DNA of 63,912 nt from Fidelibacterota bacterium CG08_land_8_20_14_0_20_45_22 (lineage in GTDB: Bacteria; Fidelibacterota; UBA2242): assembly GCA_002774355.1 (NCBI GenBank), contig PEYN01000191.1:1-63912 (forward strand). The letters run 5' to 3'. Made by a program: the position numbers and the translations under genes. Under the pieces are notes generated by a model. It searched no databases. It was not told where the DNA came from and was given only the letters and a program-made list of their open reading frames with translations. Below, piece after piece: positions 43,432 to 52,711 of this stretch. Within the stretch, counting starts at the first letter, position 1. Each line of letters starts with the position of its first letter.

Positions 43432-44781
43432 TTACAGCGCTATTCCCAACAGATGATTGATCGAATCAACTCCGATAATTTTGGAATCGCTATCGTTTTT
43501 TAGCAGGCGGAGATTATGTTTGGGAACGTAAATCTTCTGATAACCGAACTTGACTGCTTCTTTTACGCGTTGCTCAATAAACGGCACGCTCCGGACTTCT
43601 CCAACCAATCCGACTTCTCCGATGAACACCGACATAGGATCCAGCGGAATGTCGCGAAAACTTGAAGCCATCGCCGCAACCAAACCGAGGTTGATTGCCG
43701 TTTCGTCAATTTTCAAGCCGCCGACCAGATTGACAAACACGTCTTGCGTGCGGAGCGGGAAACCGGCACGCTTTTCCAAGACGGCGATCAGCATCGCCAG
43801 CCGACGATAATCGATTCCATTCGCCGTTCTCTGCGGCGTTCCATAGGTGGTTTGCGTCACCAGCGCCTGCACTTCGATCAAAAAAGGACGCGTACCTTCC
43901 ATGCTGACGGCGATTGCGGAACCGGCGACATGCTCTCGTCTTTCGGATAAAAAGAAATCTGACGGATTCCCGACAGGAATCAGTCCGGTTTCTTTCATTT
44001 CGAAAATCCCAACTTCGTTTGTCGGTCCGAAACGATTTTTCATCGACCGCAAAAGTCGATAAAAGTTTTGTTTGTCGCCTTCAAGATACAGAACCGTATC
44101 GACCAAATGCTCCAGCACTTTCGGTCCTGCGATCATACCGTCTTTGGTAATGTGTCCGATGAAAACCGCAATGATACCGAGTTCTTTGGCTTTTCGCAAC
44201 AGTCGCCCGGCACATTCGCGCACTTGTGTCACGCTTCCCGGAACGTTCTCATAAGCATCGGAGTAAACCGTTTGAACCGAATCGATAACAATAGCAGATG
44301 GACGGTGATTTTCCATCTGGTACAAAATATTTTCAAGATTGTTTTCCGAAGCGACCCAAATACGCGGATCCCGGATCGCCAGACGCTCTGCGCGGAGACG
44401 GATTTGCTCTTCAGATTCTTCACCGGTAAAATACAGAAATTTTTCGCCTTTCAGTTTTTCAAGTACCTGAAGAATAATGGTCGATTTCCCAATGCCGGGT
44501 TCACCGCTGATTAAAATAACCGAGCCGTTGACAAATCCGCCTCCCAGCACGCGATCGAATTCCTCGATTCCCGTTCTAGAACGCTCGATCTTCGTTGTTG
44601 TTGCGGCTGTCAGCGGCTGAGGCTCGCGCCTTGCTTCCGTAGTTACTTTTTCAGACCGTTTGACGACCTTTTCTTCGACCATTGTATTCCACGCGCCACA
44701 CTCAGGACATTTTCCAGACCACTTGGGTTGAACGGATCCGCATGCTGTACAGACAAAAGCAATTTTTGTCTTAGCGTTCAT
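43432..44781 (-). CDS. radA: DNA repair protein RadA
   Basis: 449 aa with Zn-ribbon CTACGS...CPECGAWN, Walker A GEPGIGKST, KNRFG and a Lon-like C-domain. Confidence 0.95.
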   Translation of the reverse strand: MNAKTKIAFVCTACGSVQPKWSGKCPECGAWNTMVEEKVVKRSEKVTTEARREPQPLTAATTTKIERSRTGIEEFDRVLGGGFVNGSVILISGEPGIGKSTIILQVLEKLKGEKFLYFTGEESEEQIRLRAERLAIRDPRIWVASENNLENILYQMENHRPSAIVIDSVQTVYSDAYENVPGSVTQVRECAGRLLRKAKELGIIAVFIGHITKDGMIAGPKVLEHLVDTVLYLEGDKQNFYRLLRSMKNRFGPTNEVGIFEMKETGLIPVGNPSDFFLSERREHVAGSAIAVSMEGTRPFLIEVQALVTQTTYGTPQRTANGIDYRRLAMLIAVLEKRAGFPLRTQDVFVNLVGGLKIDETAINLGLVAAMASSFRDIPLDPMSVFIGEVGLVGEVRSVPFIEQRVKEAVKFGYQKIYVPKHNLRLLKNDSDSKIIGVDSINHLLGIAL

Positions 44782-45707
44782 AGTTTCTGCTCCCTCGTTA
44801 AACGGATTTGAAGGGAATCTAAGTATTTCCGAAAATCAAAGAAAAAGAGTCCAGAGAAAATGACGATCGTTCCGGCAATCTCGCGAAACGTGATGACCTC
44901 GCCGAGTAATAGCCAACCCAGTACCGCCGCAAAAACCGGCGTCACAAAATTGATGAATGAAAGTTTGAGGACTGATGTCTTTCTCAGCAAGGAGTAATAG
45001 ATGAAAAACGCCATCGCCGAACCAAATATGCCGAGATAAGCGGCGGCGCCGAGATTTTTCAAATTCCAATTCATTTCTTGCCATTGCCCTGTCGCCAGCG
45101 TACCGACCGAATGACAAATTGCCGCAATTCCAAGTGACATCGCGGTTAGTATCAGCGGATCGACGGACTTTTGATTTTTTTTTAGGTAAACCGCTGGATA
45201 AGACCCAAATAAAACAGCAATCAGAATGATAAAACCGCCCGCTAACACCTGCCAGTTGAAAACCAATTTTTGATCAGAAAGGATAAGAATTACGCCGAAA
45301 ATCGAAGCGCAAACAGAGGTGATGCGCAACCAATTCAACCGCTCTTCCAGAATCATAAAATGCGCAAAAATGCCAACCGTCAGCGGCATCGTAGCCCAGA
45401 GAATGGCCGACAATCCGCTGGTCACGAATTGCGTGCCCCAATAAGTGCAGTAATAACTTAGCGTCTGGCTAAAAATTCCGGCGATTAGATAGATGATGAC
45501 CGATGACTTGTCGAGGGGAATTTTCCGTTTTGTTACGAAAATGATTGAAAAAAGGATCACCGATGCGATGATAAACCGGATAGAAAGACCAACCATCGGC
45601 GGCGTTTCCTCCGACCCCACTTTGATCATTCCCCACGTTGTGCTCCAGATTAGGCACAAGATCAGAAACTGAAGATATTTTGTTTTTTTATCGCTCATCG
45701 TTTTCAT
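44778..45707 (-). CDS. EamA/DMT-family transporter
   Basis: 309 aa with ten predicted TM segments in two EamA-like halves. Confidence 0.8.
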   Translation of the reverse strand: MKTMSDKKTKYLQFLILCLIWSTTWGMIKVGSEETPPMVGLSIRFIIASVILFSIIFVTKRKIPLDKSSVIIYLIAGIFSQTLSYYCTYWGTQFVTSGLSAILWATMPLTVGIFAHFMILEERLNWLRITSVCASIFGVILILSDQKLVFNWQVLAGGFIILIAVLFGSYPAVYLKKNQKSVDPLILTAMSLGIAAICHSVGTLATGQWQEMNWNLKNLGAAAYLGIFGSAMAFFIYYSLLRKTSVLKLSFINFVTPVFAAVLGWLLLGEVITFREIAGTIVIFSGLFFFDFRKYLDSLQIRLTREQKL

Positions 45708-45831
45708 CTTTTACTATCATTAAAACCACGGTTTCTCGGACAGAAACTAATACCGATGTCGCATGGAAACCAAGTATTTTATTGCCGCTGAACGGTTTGG
45801 AAGTCGATGGAATATATTTTAGCCTGGTCGG

Positions 45832-48800
45832 TTAGAAATCCAATCCCAGCGATAAATAGTATTTAGGTTTTGAGAATTGGTCGAAATCGTATCGCCATGC
45901 AACATCGATCTTCAGGAGAAAATAACCGAAAAACAGGCGCATTCCGCAACCAACGCCGGAAACCAAATCGTCCATGTAGAGACCATTTGCCAAGTCTCGG
46001 CCAAACGGATGAAAATCTGTGCCGTCCCACGCCGATCCGAAATCGAGGAAAGTAATTCCCTGAATGCCACCCATCCTCATCGGAAGTGGCCAACCAAGCG
46101 CCATGTATTTGATGAACGGATATCGGAATTCGAGGTTCGCCAGAAAATACCGCGTGCCTTCCCGTTCGTAATAGCGCGCCCCTCTTAGCGGCGTAACGAA
46201 CTGCGAAAAATAAAGGTCTTCAACATTTTCATAATCGTGATAACGTCTGTATTTCTGATTAATCCAGTTCGATTCTCCGCCCAGGAAGAAACGTTGTGCA
46301 TTCTTCCCTTCACTTAAACCGCCGGACAATCTCAGCCCGAACGAGTATTCGTTGTCTAATTTGTAATATCGACGCAGATCAAAAGTCAACGACTGAAATT
46401 CCATACTATTCTTGTTGTACTTTGGACTCATCATGAAATCTAACCGGCCGCGCCAACCGTCCATCGGATAGAAGTATCCCCAGAGTGTGTTATCGAAAAC
46501 GAAACCAACACGCGGTAAAAGAGTGTTGATCGTGATGCTGGTATCGGTCGTCCCGGTCAAAACGTTTATTAGGCTTTGTTCGACATTATACGAAGTCAAC
46601 CCAAATTCGCTCCTGCTAAGACGGGAGAAAGGCCTCGAAACCGAAAAGTCGGCACCATAGTTTCTGAGCCGCAACATATAGTAATAACTTAGCGACCAAA
46701 AGTTTGCAGAATGAAAACCGACGACGGAATAATTCGTGCGTTTGCCAAGATACTGGTAAGCCAGGTAATAATCACTGTTTTCAAGATCGATGTACATTTC
46801 GGTTCCGAATAACAGTTGGTGATTTCCAAGAATATCGCTGAACGCAAAAATTGTCGTTCCCTGCAAGCCCCAAAACGTATTGTATCCCGCTTGGCTGTCG
46901 ATCATATCCAGCGTGAATTTTGTTTTATATGGATTGACGACAAATTTGCCGTCGGGTGTTTTATTCTGAAGCGTATCGGTTTTCACCGGCGTCGTATCCG
47001 GTTCATCCGGAATCATACCGACCGCGTCGATGCTGGGTGCAAAAATGTAATTGGAATAATTCTGCGCCACGCTAACGGTACGAGTTAAGGTAGGTTTGAC
47101 AACTTCGGATGAATCGTTTTTCAGAACAGCTTTCGCCGGTTCGTTCCAGCTTTTCATAATTTCTTTGGCGTAAACCGTCGGCTTGATTTCTTTTTTCTCA
47201 TTCATCATCGATAATGGATTTGAAACCATATAAATATCCCAGCCGCCGTCTGCAAATCCTGCGAAGGCAAGACGAGAATCATCTTTACTCAAACTTGGTT
47301 GAAAAATGCCCGTTAAAACGCTAGTGATTGCTACCGATTCCTTCGTATCGAGCGAATAAACGTAAATGTTGGAAATTCCTTCCATGTCTGATGTGTAAAT
47401 AATGGCGTTTTTTGTATTTGCCCAAACCGGATAATTTTCATCCCATGGCGAATCGGTCAGACGCGTAATGGAACTGTCCGTCATATCATAAACATACAGA
47501 TCAGTCTGGCGGAATTCGATCCCTGAAGCAAGATTTTCTTTTGAAACCTTGCCGTCATTGCCGTATCCATTTCTTTGTGAGGCAAAAACTATCTTCTTGC
47601 TATCAGGCGACCACGACGGTTCAAAATCCGATTCGCGATCGTTGGTCAGGCGCCGTGTTGTTTTGGTCTTCAGATTATAAAGATAAAGATCACTCCTGTC
47701 CGATTTTAAGCCTACAAGAGCAATGCTTTCTCCATCGGGCGACCATGCGGCATCGAAGATTTCATCCAAATTCGTAAAAGTTATTCGCTCTCGTTTTTTG
47801 GTTTTCACGTCAACAATGATCAGTGCATCGTCCTTTCCGCTTTTAACAGCAAGGACGATCTTCTTGCTGTCCGGAGACCAACTTAATCTCGGATTCAGCC
47901 ATTTCAATTCTTCCAGATCGGGAGATTTTTGACCGCTGACTAATTTTGTGATGGGTTTTCCATCCAAACTAGAAATGAGAAAAATATCGGCGTACCCTTT
48001 TCTATCGGACATAATGGCAACTTTGTCGCCGCTTGGCGAGATTGCCGGACCGGTATTAAAGTAATTCTTAATTTTTCTGTGATCAGTCAATTGTTTCGAC
48101 ATCGTTTTGATTTCATCGCGATCGGCGACATCCGGCCAGTATTCAGCTCTTACCCAGCGATGCCATTTCTCGCCCAACTCTTTCATATCCATTCCGATGG
48201 CGGCTTTCATCCCTTTTTCGGCGTTTCCATGTCCTTTCATCTGTGCCCAAATTTCGCCGATTTTCTCATTACCGTAACGCGATGCGATATAGCGATAAAC
48301 CGATTGCCCACCCTTGTAAGTCATATAGTAATCTAGTTCATCGAGATTCGGAATCTCATTTCCGAGAGCGGCATCGCGGAGCGTCAAATCCGCATGGGTA
48401 TCCCAGCCGAGCGAGGTGTATTCCGCCAACCCTTCATGCATCCAAAGCGGAATCTGCAAACGAACTCTTCCCGAAATCATACTCTGGACGTTTCCGCCGT
48501 AAATCATATCGTTGACGACAACGTGTAATAATTCATGACGTAACGTGTGCCAGAAGTCGGCGTAAGACCCATCGAAAGGAACGACAGCGCGGTTTTTAAA
48601 AAGTTCGGTCACGCCGCCGATTCCCTCGTACATGTAATCCAGAATGACATTTGTCTGTTGAAAATCGGAATGGGAATTGTACAGAATCAGTGAAATTCGC
48701 TTTCTGACGCGCCAGTTCAGAATGCTGGAAATATCCTTAAGCGCTTGCTCAACGACTGGTTCTGCAAAAAGAGCCAAATCTTCTCCGCCTTCGTAAAAGT

Positions 48801-48936
48801 AGATGTCGAAGTTATCAGACTGAATGTACGACCAGTGATAGTTGTCATATTGCACCTTGTTTTTCCCAAATTGGGAATAAGCGATCCCGGTTAGAAAAAA
48901 AGAAACGAATAGACTGATGATAATGATTTTCTTCAT
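45832..48936 (-). CDS. tripartite envelope protein: gluzincin-like metallopeptidase domain, PD40/TolB-type beta-propeller and Omp85/BamA-like C-terminal beta-barrel
   Basis: About 1034 aa from MKKIIIISLFV (a signal peptide; the track ORF starts 14 codons earlier, at 48978). It has HELLH (nt 48523-48537) followed by WMHEGLAEY. Repeated PD40 units are seen (AISPSGDKVAIMSDR.., WSPDSKKIVLAV, WSPDGESIALVG, WSPDSKKIVFAS). The last ~350 aa are strand-alternating and end YYLSLGLDF, with an aromatic terminus. Confidence 0.7.
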   Translation of the reverse strand: MKKIIIISLFVSFFLTGIAYSQFGKNKVQYDNYHWSYIQSDNFDIYFYEGGEDLALFAEPVVEQALKDISSILNWRVRKRISLILYNSHSDFQQTNVILDYMYEGIGGVTELFKNRAVVPFDGSYADFWHTLRHELLHVVVNDMIYGGNVQSMISGRVRLQIPLWMHEGLAEYTSLGWDTHADLTLRDAALGNEIPNLDELDYYMTYKGGQSVYRYIASRYGNEKIGEIWAQMKGHGNAEKGMKAAIGMDMKELGEKWHRWVRAEYWPDVADRDEIKTMSKQLTDHRKIKNYFNTGPAISPSGDKVAIMSDRKGYADIFLISSLDGKPITKLVSGQKSPDLEELKWLNPRLSWSPDSKKIVLAVKSGKDDALIIVDVKTKKRERITFTNLDEIFDAAWSPDGESIALVGLKSDRSDLYLYNLKTKTTRRLTNDRESDFEPSWSPDSKKIVFASQRNGYGNDGKVSKENLASGIEFRQTDLYVYDMTDSSITRLTDSPWDENYPVWANTKNAIIYTSDMEGISNIYVYSLDTKESVAITSVLTGIFQPSLSKDDSRLAFAGFADGGWDIYMVSNPLSMMNEKKEIKPTVYAKEIMKSWNEPAKAVLKNDSSEVVKPTLTRTVSVAQNYSNYIFAPSIDAVGMIPDEPDTTPVKTDTLQNKTPDGKFVVNPYKTKFTLDMIDSQAGYNTFWGLQGTTIFAFSDILGNHQLLFGTEMYIDLENSDYYLAYQYLGKRTNYSVVGFHSANFWSLSYYYMLRLRNYGADFSVSRPFSRLSRSEFGLTSYNVEQSLINVLTGTTDTSITINTLLPRVGFVFDNTLWGYFYPMDGWRGRLDFMMSPKYNKNSMEFQSLTFDLRRYYKLDNEYSFGLRLSGGLSEGKNAQRFFLGGESNWINQKYRRYHDYENVEDLYFSQFVTPLRGARYYEREGTRYFLANLEFRYPFIKYMALGWPLPMRMGGIQGITFLDFGSAWDGTDFHPFGRDLANGLYMDDLVSGVGCGMRLFFGYFLLKIDVAWRYDFDQFSKPKYYLSLGLDF

Positions 48937-49049
48937 GTTTTTTGAAACCAAGAGATGCTTGATTTGTTCCTTACGCAAGTTACCTTCAAAGTTACACGTC
49001 CAAGTTTACACATTTTTCTTAGACAGAACGAACATTAAAAAGCTACGAC

Positions 49050-51011
49050 TCATTTGAGATACACGACCTTCTGTTGTTTGAAAATACCCGAGCCTTCCAG
49101 CCGGATGAAATACAAACCTGATGAAATTCTGTTTGGTGTCCAGGTCTCGCGTAAATTTCCTGCTTTTAATCGACCAGTTTGAATTTCGTCAATCTTTTTC
49201 CCTGCCAAATCCACGACCGTCAATGCGCCCTGAAAATCAATCGGCAAATAGACCTGAAAAGTTACAGTCTGATTAAACGGATTGGGAAATGGTTCGGAAA
49301 TGGAAATTTCGTTGGGAAACTCACCGACATCCGGATCAATCGTGACATCACTGACACTTTTTAAAATCCATGAATCGGGATCGATCTCGACGGAAAGCGG
49401 TTTGGCGGCGCAGATCATCGTAAAATCCTGTGACGGAAGGCTGTCCCAAATCGTTAAAGATTCGTCGCCATTTTCCGTTTTCACGACGATGTCAATCGGC
49501 ATCAAAAAAACAGTCGATGTCGTCTGAATCTGATCGATATGCAAATCAAGCAACCAACTGCGGTTATCGTTTCGGTTTCTCTGCCATTTGAATTTATAAT
49601 GTGGCTGGCCTTCTCCGTAAACCCATTTGTCGAAAAACCAATCTAAATCCATCCCAGAAACCGACTCACAAACATGATGAAAATCCCGCGTCTGCGCTAC
49701 GCTCATGCCGTACGTTTCCCGGTACGCCCGCAGAATTTGGTTAAAACCGCTTTCCCCGACGATTTTCCGAAGCATGTGGAGAACCCACGCGCCTTTATCG
49801 TAAACTACGCGGTCGAAAATGAATGCCACATCCGTCGTATCCGTTACGAGAAGACGATTAGAACGCCACTCGCTCGGTCGATTAAGGTAATCCATATAGA
49901 CTTTTAGGCTTCCGGGACCGTTTTGGTGCTCGAACCAGTAAGCTTCACAGTATCGAGCAAATCCCTCGTTTAGCCAGATATGACGCCAGTTGGCGCAAGT
50001 GACCATATCGCCCCACCACTGATGAGCGAGCTCATGCGCGATCAGCAGTTCTCCGTAACTACCCAGACTCGTACATGTCTGATGTTCCATCCCACCACTC
50101 CAGAGAAATTGAACCGTTCCATATTTTTCTTTGATAAACGGATATTCGCCAAATACTGTCGAGAAAAAATGAATCATATCTTTTGTCATACTCAACGTGG
50201 TCATAGCCGATTCGACCTGATCGGGAAAAATCCAGAACTGAATCGGCATATTTTCGCCTTTGAGTCCGGTGTAACTATCCTCGCGGTAGGCGTATTTTGA
50301 AACGGCTAAAAAGATTAAATAATTGGCGATTGGGTATCGTTCCTGCCAGTGAAAAGTCGCAGTTCCGTTCCCATTTTGGATCGTCTCGGCCAACAATCCG
50401 TTCGAAACCGCAACAAGAGTATCGGGAATGGTAATGTAGAAATCGACCGAATCGATTTTATCTTCGGGTAAATCTTTACAGGGAAACCACGTGCTGGAAT
50501 AATATGGTTGATCGAGCGAGGCAACGACCGGCACTCCATCATGTTCACCGAACATCAATCCTTTTCTTCCCAGGTTTTTCGGAAAACCGTGATACCAGAT
50601 TTTGACTTCCGCGATTTCACCAATTCCGAAATCTCTATTCAACGACAAAGAAAGCCGATTGGAAACGTGAGTAAATCCACTTGCGACGCCGCCAATGCTA
50701 TCGACGATCATCGCTTCGTCCAGATCCAGATCGATAGCCGCCAGATTGGCTTCGAGCGACCGGACGCGGATTACGGTCAGCCCGGAAATTGATTGAGCGG
50801 GAATATTCAGATTCAAATCCAAGCCGAGATAACCGACATCGAACGAACTTTGCGATGCTGATGAACTTTTTAAAGAAGAAAATCGGATTGCACCGATTCC
50901 TTCCGATTTGCGAAAAATTTCCGCATCGATAGGATCCGTCGAAAGTGGTGCTTGTGCCCGCAATTCTACCAATAAAACACACAGAAGCAATAAGTTGAAT
51001 TTGATTTTCAT
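49050..51011 (-). CDS. M1-family aminopeptidase with T9SS (Por) C-terminal sorting domain
   Basis: 653 aa with a signal peptide, exopeptidase motif GGMEH, HELAHQWWG and WLNEGFA. The C-terminal ~80 aa, PFPNPFNQTVTF...SGLYFIRL...KVVYLK, are typical of a Por secretion tail. Confidence 0.88.
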   Translation of the reverse strand: MKIKFNLLLLCVLLVELRAQAPLSTDPIDAEIFRKSEGIGAIRFSSLKSSSASQSSFDVGYLGLDLNLNIPAQSISGLTVIRVRSLEANLAAIDLDLDEAMIVDSIGGVASGFTHVSNRLSLSLNRDFGIGEIAEVKIWYHGFPKNLGRKGLMFGEHDGVPVVASLDQPYYSSTWFPCKDLPEDKIDSVDFYITIPDTLVAVSNGLLAETIQNGNGTATFHWQERYPIANYLIFLAVSKYAYREDSYTGLKGENMPIQFWIFPDQVESAMTTLSMTKDMIHFFSTVFGEYPFIKEKYGTVQFLWSGGMEHQTCTSLGSYGELLIAHELAHQWWGDMVTCANWRHIWLNEGFARYCEAYWFEHQNGPGSLKVYMDYLNRPSEWRSNRLLVTDTTDVAFIFDRVVYDKGAWVLHMLRKIVGESGFNQILRAYRETYGMSVAQTRDFHHVCESVSGMDLDWFFDKWVYGEGQPHYKFKWQRNRNDNRSWLLDLHIDQIQTTSTVFLMPIDIVVKTENGDESLTIWDSLPSQDFTMICAAKPLSVEIDPDSWILKSVSDVTIDPDVGEFPNEISISEPFPNPFNQTVTFQVYLPIDFQGALTVVDLAGKKIDEIQTGRLKAGNLRETWTPNRISSGLYFIRLEGSGIFKQQKVVYLK

Positions 51012-51151
51012 CCTGATGTAATTTTGAAAAAAGGCGTCGGATTGTCAAACGAAAAATCGATGAACGGTCAATCTTTTCAAAATCACCAAACAACCTACTT
51101 CCCTGAGTTTGGAAAAAAGCGTACATTTCGCCGTAAAAATGGAGACGAAAA

Positions 51152-52003
51152 ATGGCACATATCACTACACCCGAAGCCGAGAATATTTTAGATAAAGAAT
51201 TCCCCGTTCTGGATCACGGGTTTGTTCGATTGGTCGATTATCTGGGCGGCGACCAACGAATTGCGCAGAGCGCTCGAGTTTCGTATGGTTCAGGAACCAA
51301 AACGGTTCGCGAAGATAAAGCCTTGATCGATTATTTACTGAGTCATCAACATACTTCACCCTTTGAACAAGTCATCATGACCTTTCACTGCAAAATGCCG
51401 ATTTTCGTGGCTCGGCAATGGATTCGCCACCGTTCTGCCCGTGTCAATGAAATCTCCGGCAGATACAGTGTAATGAAAAATGAGTTTTATATGCCAAAAG
51501 AAGACTCGATTCGCTTTCAGAGCAAAGACAATCGACAGGGGCGAAGTGCGGAAGCGGTTCCCGCAGAGTTGCGCAAGAAAACGCTCGGCATTCTGCTGAA
51601 AAATCAGGAAGAACTCTATGCTGATTATCAGGAATTACTGGACATGAATATTGCCAGAGAATTGGCGCGCATCAACCTTCCTCTCTCGCTTTACACGGAA
51701 TGGTATTGGCAAATTGACCTGCACAACCTCTTTCATTTTCTCCAACTCCGGATGGATGATCACGCACAATATGAAATTCGGGAATATGCCAATATGATCG
51801 CCCAAATTACGAAAATTGTCGTTCCGATCGCCTATGAAGCATTTGAAAAACATGTCCTTAATGTCGTCCAATTCTCCGGAAAGGAATTAGAAGCTTTGTC
51901 CGACCAAATTCAGGGAAAGCCACATTCGCTAACTGGAATTAATAAAATCGACTATGAGAGAAAAATCAAACGAATCTCGGAAATCGTCCGGCGAACCCAA
52001 TAA
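51152..52003 (+). CDS. thyX: FAD-dependent thymidylate synthase ThyX
   Basis: 283 aa with the ThyX motif RHRSARVNEISGRYS. A GGAG Shine-Dalgarno site lies upstream. Confidence 0.93.
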   Translation: MAHITTPEAENILDKEFPVLDHGFVRLVDYLGGDQRIAQSARVSYGSGTKTVREDKALIDYLLSHQHTSPFEQVIMTFHCKMPIFVARQWIRHRSARVNEISGRYSVMKNEFYMPKEDSIRFQSKDNRQGRSAEAVPAELRKKTLGILLKNQEELYADYQELLDMNIARELARINLPLSLYTEWYWQIDLHNLFHFLQLRMDDHAQYEIREYANMIAQITKIVVPIAYEAFEKHVLNVVQFSGKELEALSDQIQGKPHSLTGINKIDYERKIKRISEIVRRTQ

Positions 52004-52010
52004 ACAAAAA

Positions 52011-52040
52011 GCGCCATCTCAGAGAAACGGCGCCAACTTT
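52011..52040. terminator. weak bidirectional hairpin between the convergent thyX and Tat-peptide genes
   Basis: aaaaaGCGCCatctcagagaaacGGCGCcaactttta. It has only a 5-bp GC stem and a 13-nt loop, with A/T runs on both sides. Confidence 0.3.
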
Positions 52041-52074
52041 TATACAATTTTTAAAGGCAAGTATTGAACGCAGA

Positions 52075-52299
52075 TTAAAACTGCGGTGGATTTGGCTCGT
52101 TCGGTAATACAGGCGGGGGCGGAGGTGGTTTGTGATGATGATGGCCATGACCCGTCCAGGAATTCCATGGATCGCTGGTTGTCTGAAGTAGTTTAAATGT
52201 CTGAATCGTTGGCGTTGTAAAAATCACCGCTGCCGCCATTTTTTTGAGGAAGTCTCGCCTGCTGACATTTTCAACGCTATTTCGATTTTTCTCTTCCAT
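52075..52299 (-). CDS. 74-aa Tat-signal peptide with His-rich / poly-Pro tail
   Basis: MEEKNRNSVENVSRRDFLKKMAAAVIFTTPTIQTF...WTGHGHHHHKPPPPPPVLPNEPNPPQF. It has a perfect S-R-R-x-F-L-K twin-arginine motif. The start was set at the second ATG (52299), which has a GGGAG Shine-Dalgarno site. The first ATG (52323) lies 2 nt after the predicted -10 box. Confidence 0.65.
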   Translation of the reverse strand: MEEKNRNSVENVSRRDFLKKMAAAVIFTTPTIQTFKLLQTTSDPWNSWTGHGHHHHKPPPPPPVLPNEPNPPQF

Positions 52300-52325
52300 T
52301 TTTTGCTCCCAATTTTCCTGCATAA

Positions 52326-52354
52326 AATATAAACCATTTCATTTGCCGAATCAA
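52326..52354 (-). promoter_or_regulatory. sigma-70-type promoter for the Tat-peptide gene
   Basis: On the minus strand: TTGATT (52354-52349), a 17-nt spacer, then TATATT (52331-52326). This is a near-consensus -35/-10 pair. Confidence 0.55.
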
Positions 52355-52385
52355 CATTTTGTTTCCGCCGATCAAAGTATTACGC

Positions 52386-52419
52386 AAAAAGAGAAAATTC
52401 CGTACGGATCGGAATTTCC
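52386..52419 (-). terminator. intrinsic terminator after the DUF350 gene
   Basis: On the minus strand: an 8-bp perfect stem AAATTCCG/CGGAATTT (52395-52402 and 52410-52417), a 7-nt loop, then CTCTTTTT. Confidence 0.6.
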
Positions 52420-52446
52420 CCTATACAAAATGAGAATAAGGCCGTC

Positions 52447-52680
52447 TTAGATAACTTTATAGACCAGAAGTCCGACCATGAGAATGATGGTGATGAGAAT
52501 GAGCGCAACGCCGATGTTTCCCTTCTTGATCTCTTCCCACTCATCTATGTCGGAAGACAGCCAGTCAAATATCTTAACGGCTAATCCGACTCCGAAAGAA
52601 AAACCAAGCGATGCGACAATTGCCCAACCAATGCCTCTCAAATACATCATCAATGTGTAAGACCAAGAAAAAGGATCCAT
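52447..52680 (-). CDS. DUF350-family small membrane protein
   Basis: 77 aa with two or three TM helices and the central DEWEEIKKGNIGVA motif typical of DUF350. Confidence 0.7.
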   Translation of the reverse strand: MDPFSWSYTLMMYLRGIGWAIVASLGFSFGVGLAVKIFDWLSSDIDEWEEIKKGNIGVALILITIILMVGLLVYKVI

Positions 52681-52711
52681 GAATTCCTCCTATAGGTTTT
52701 GTTCTTTGTGT

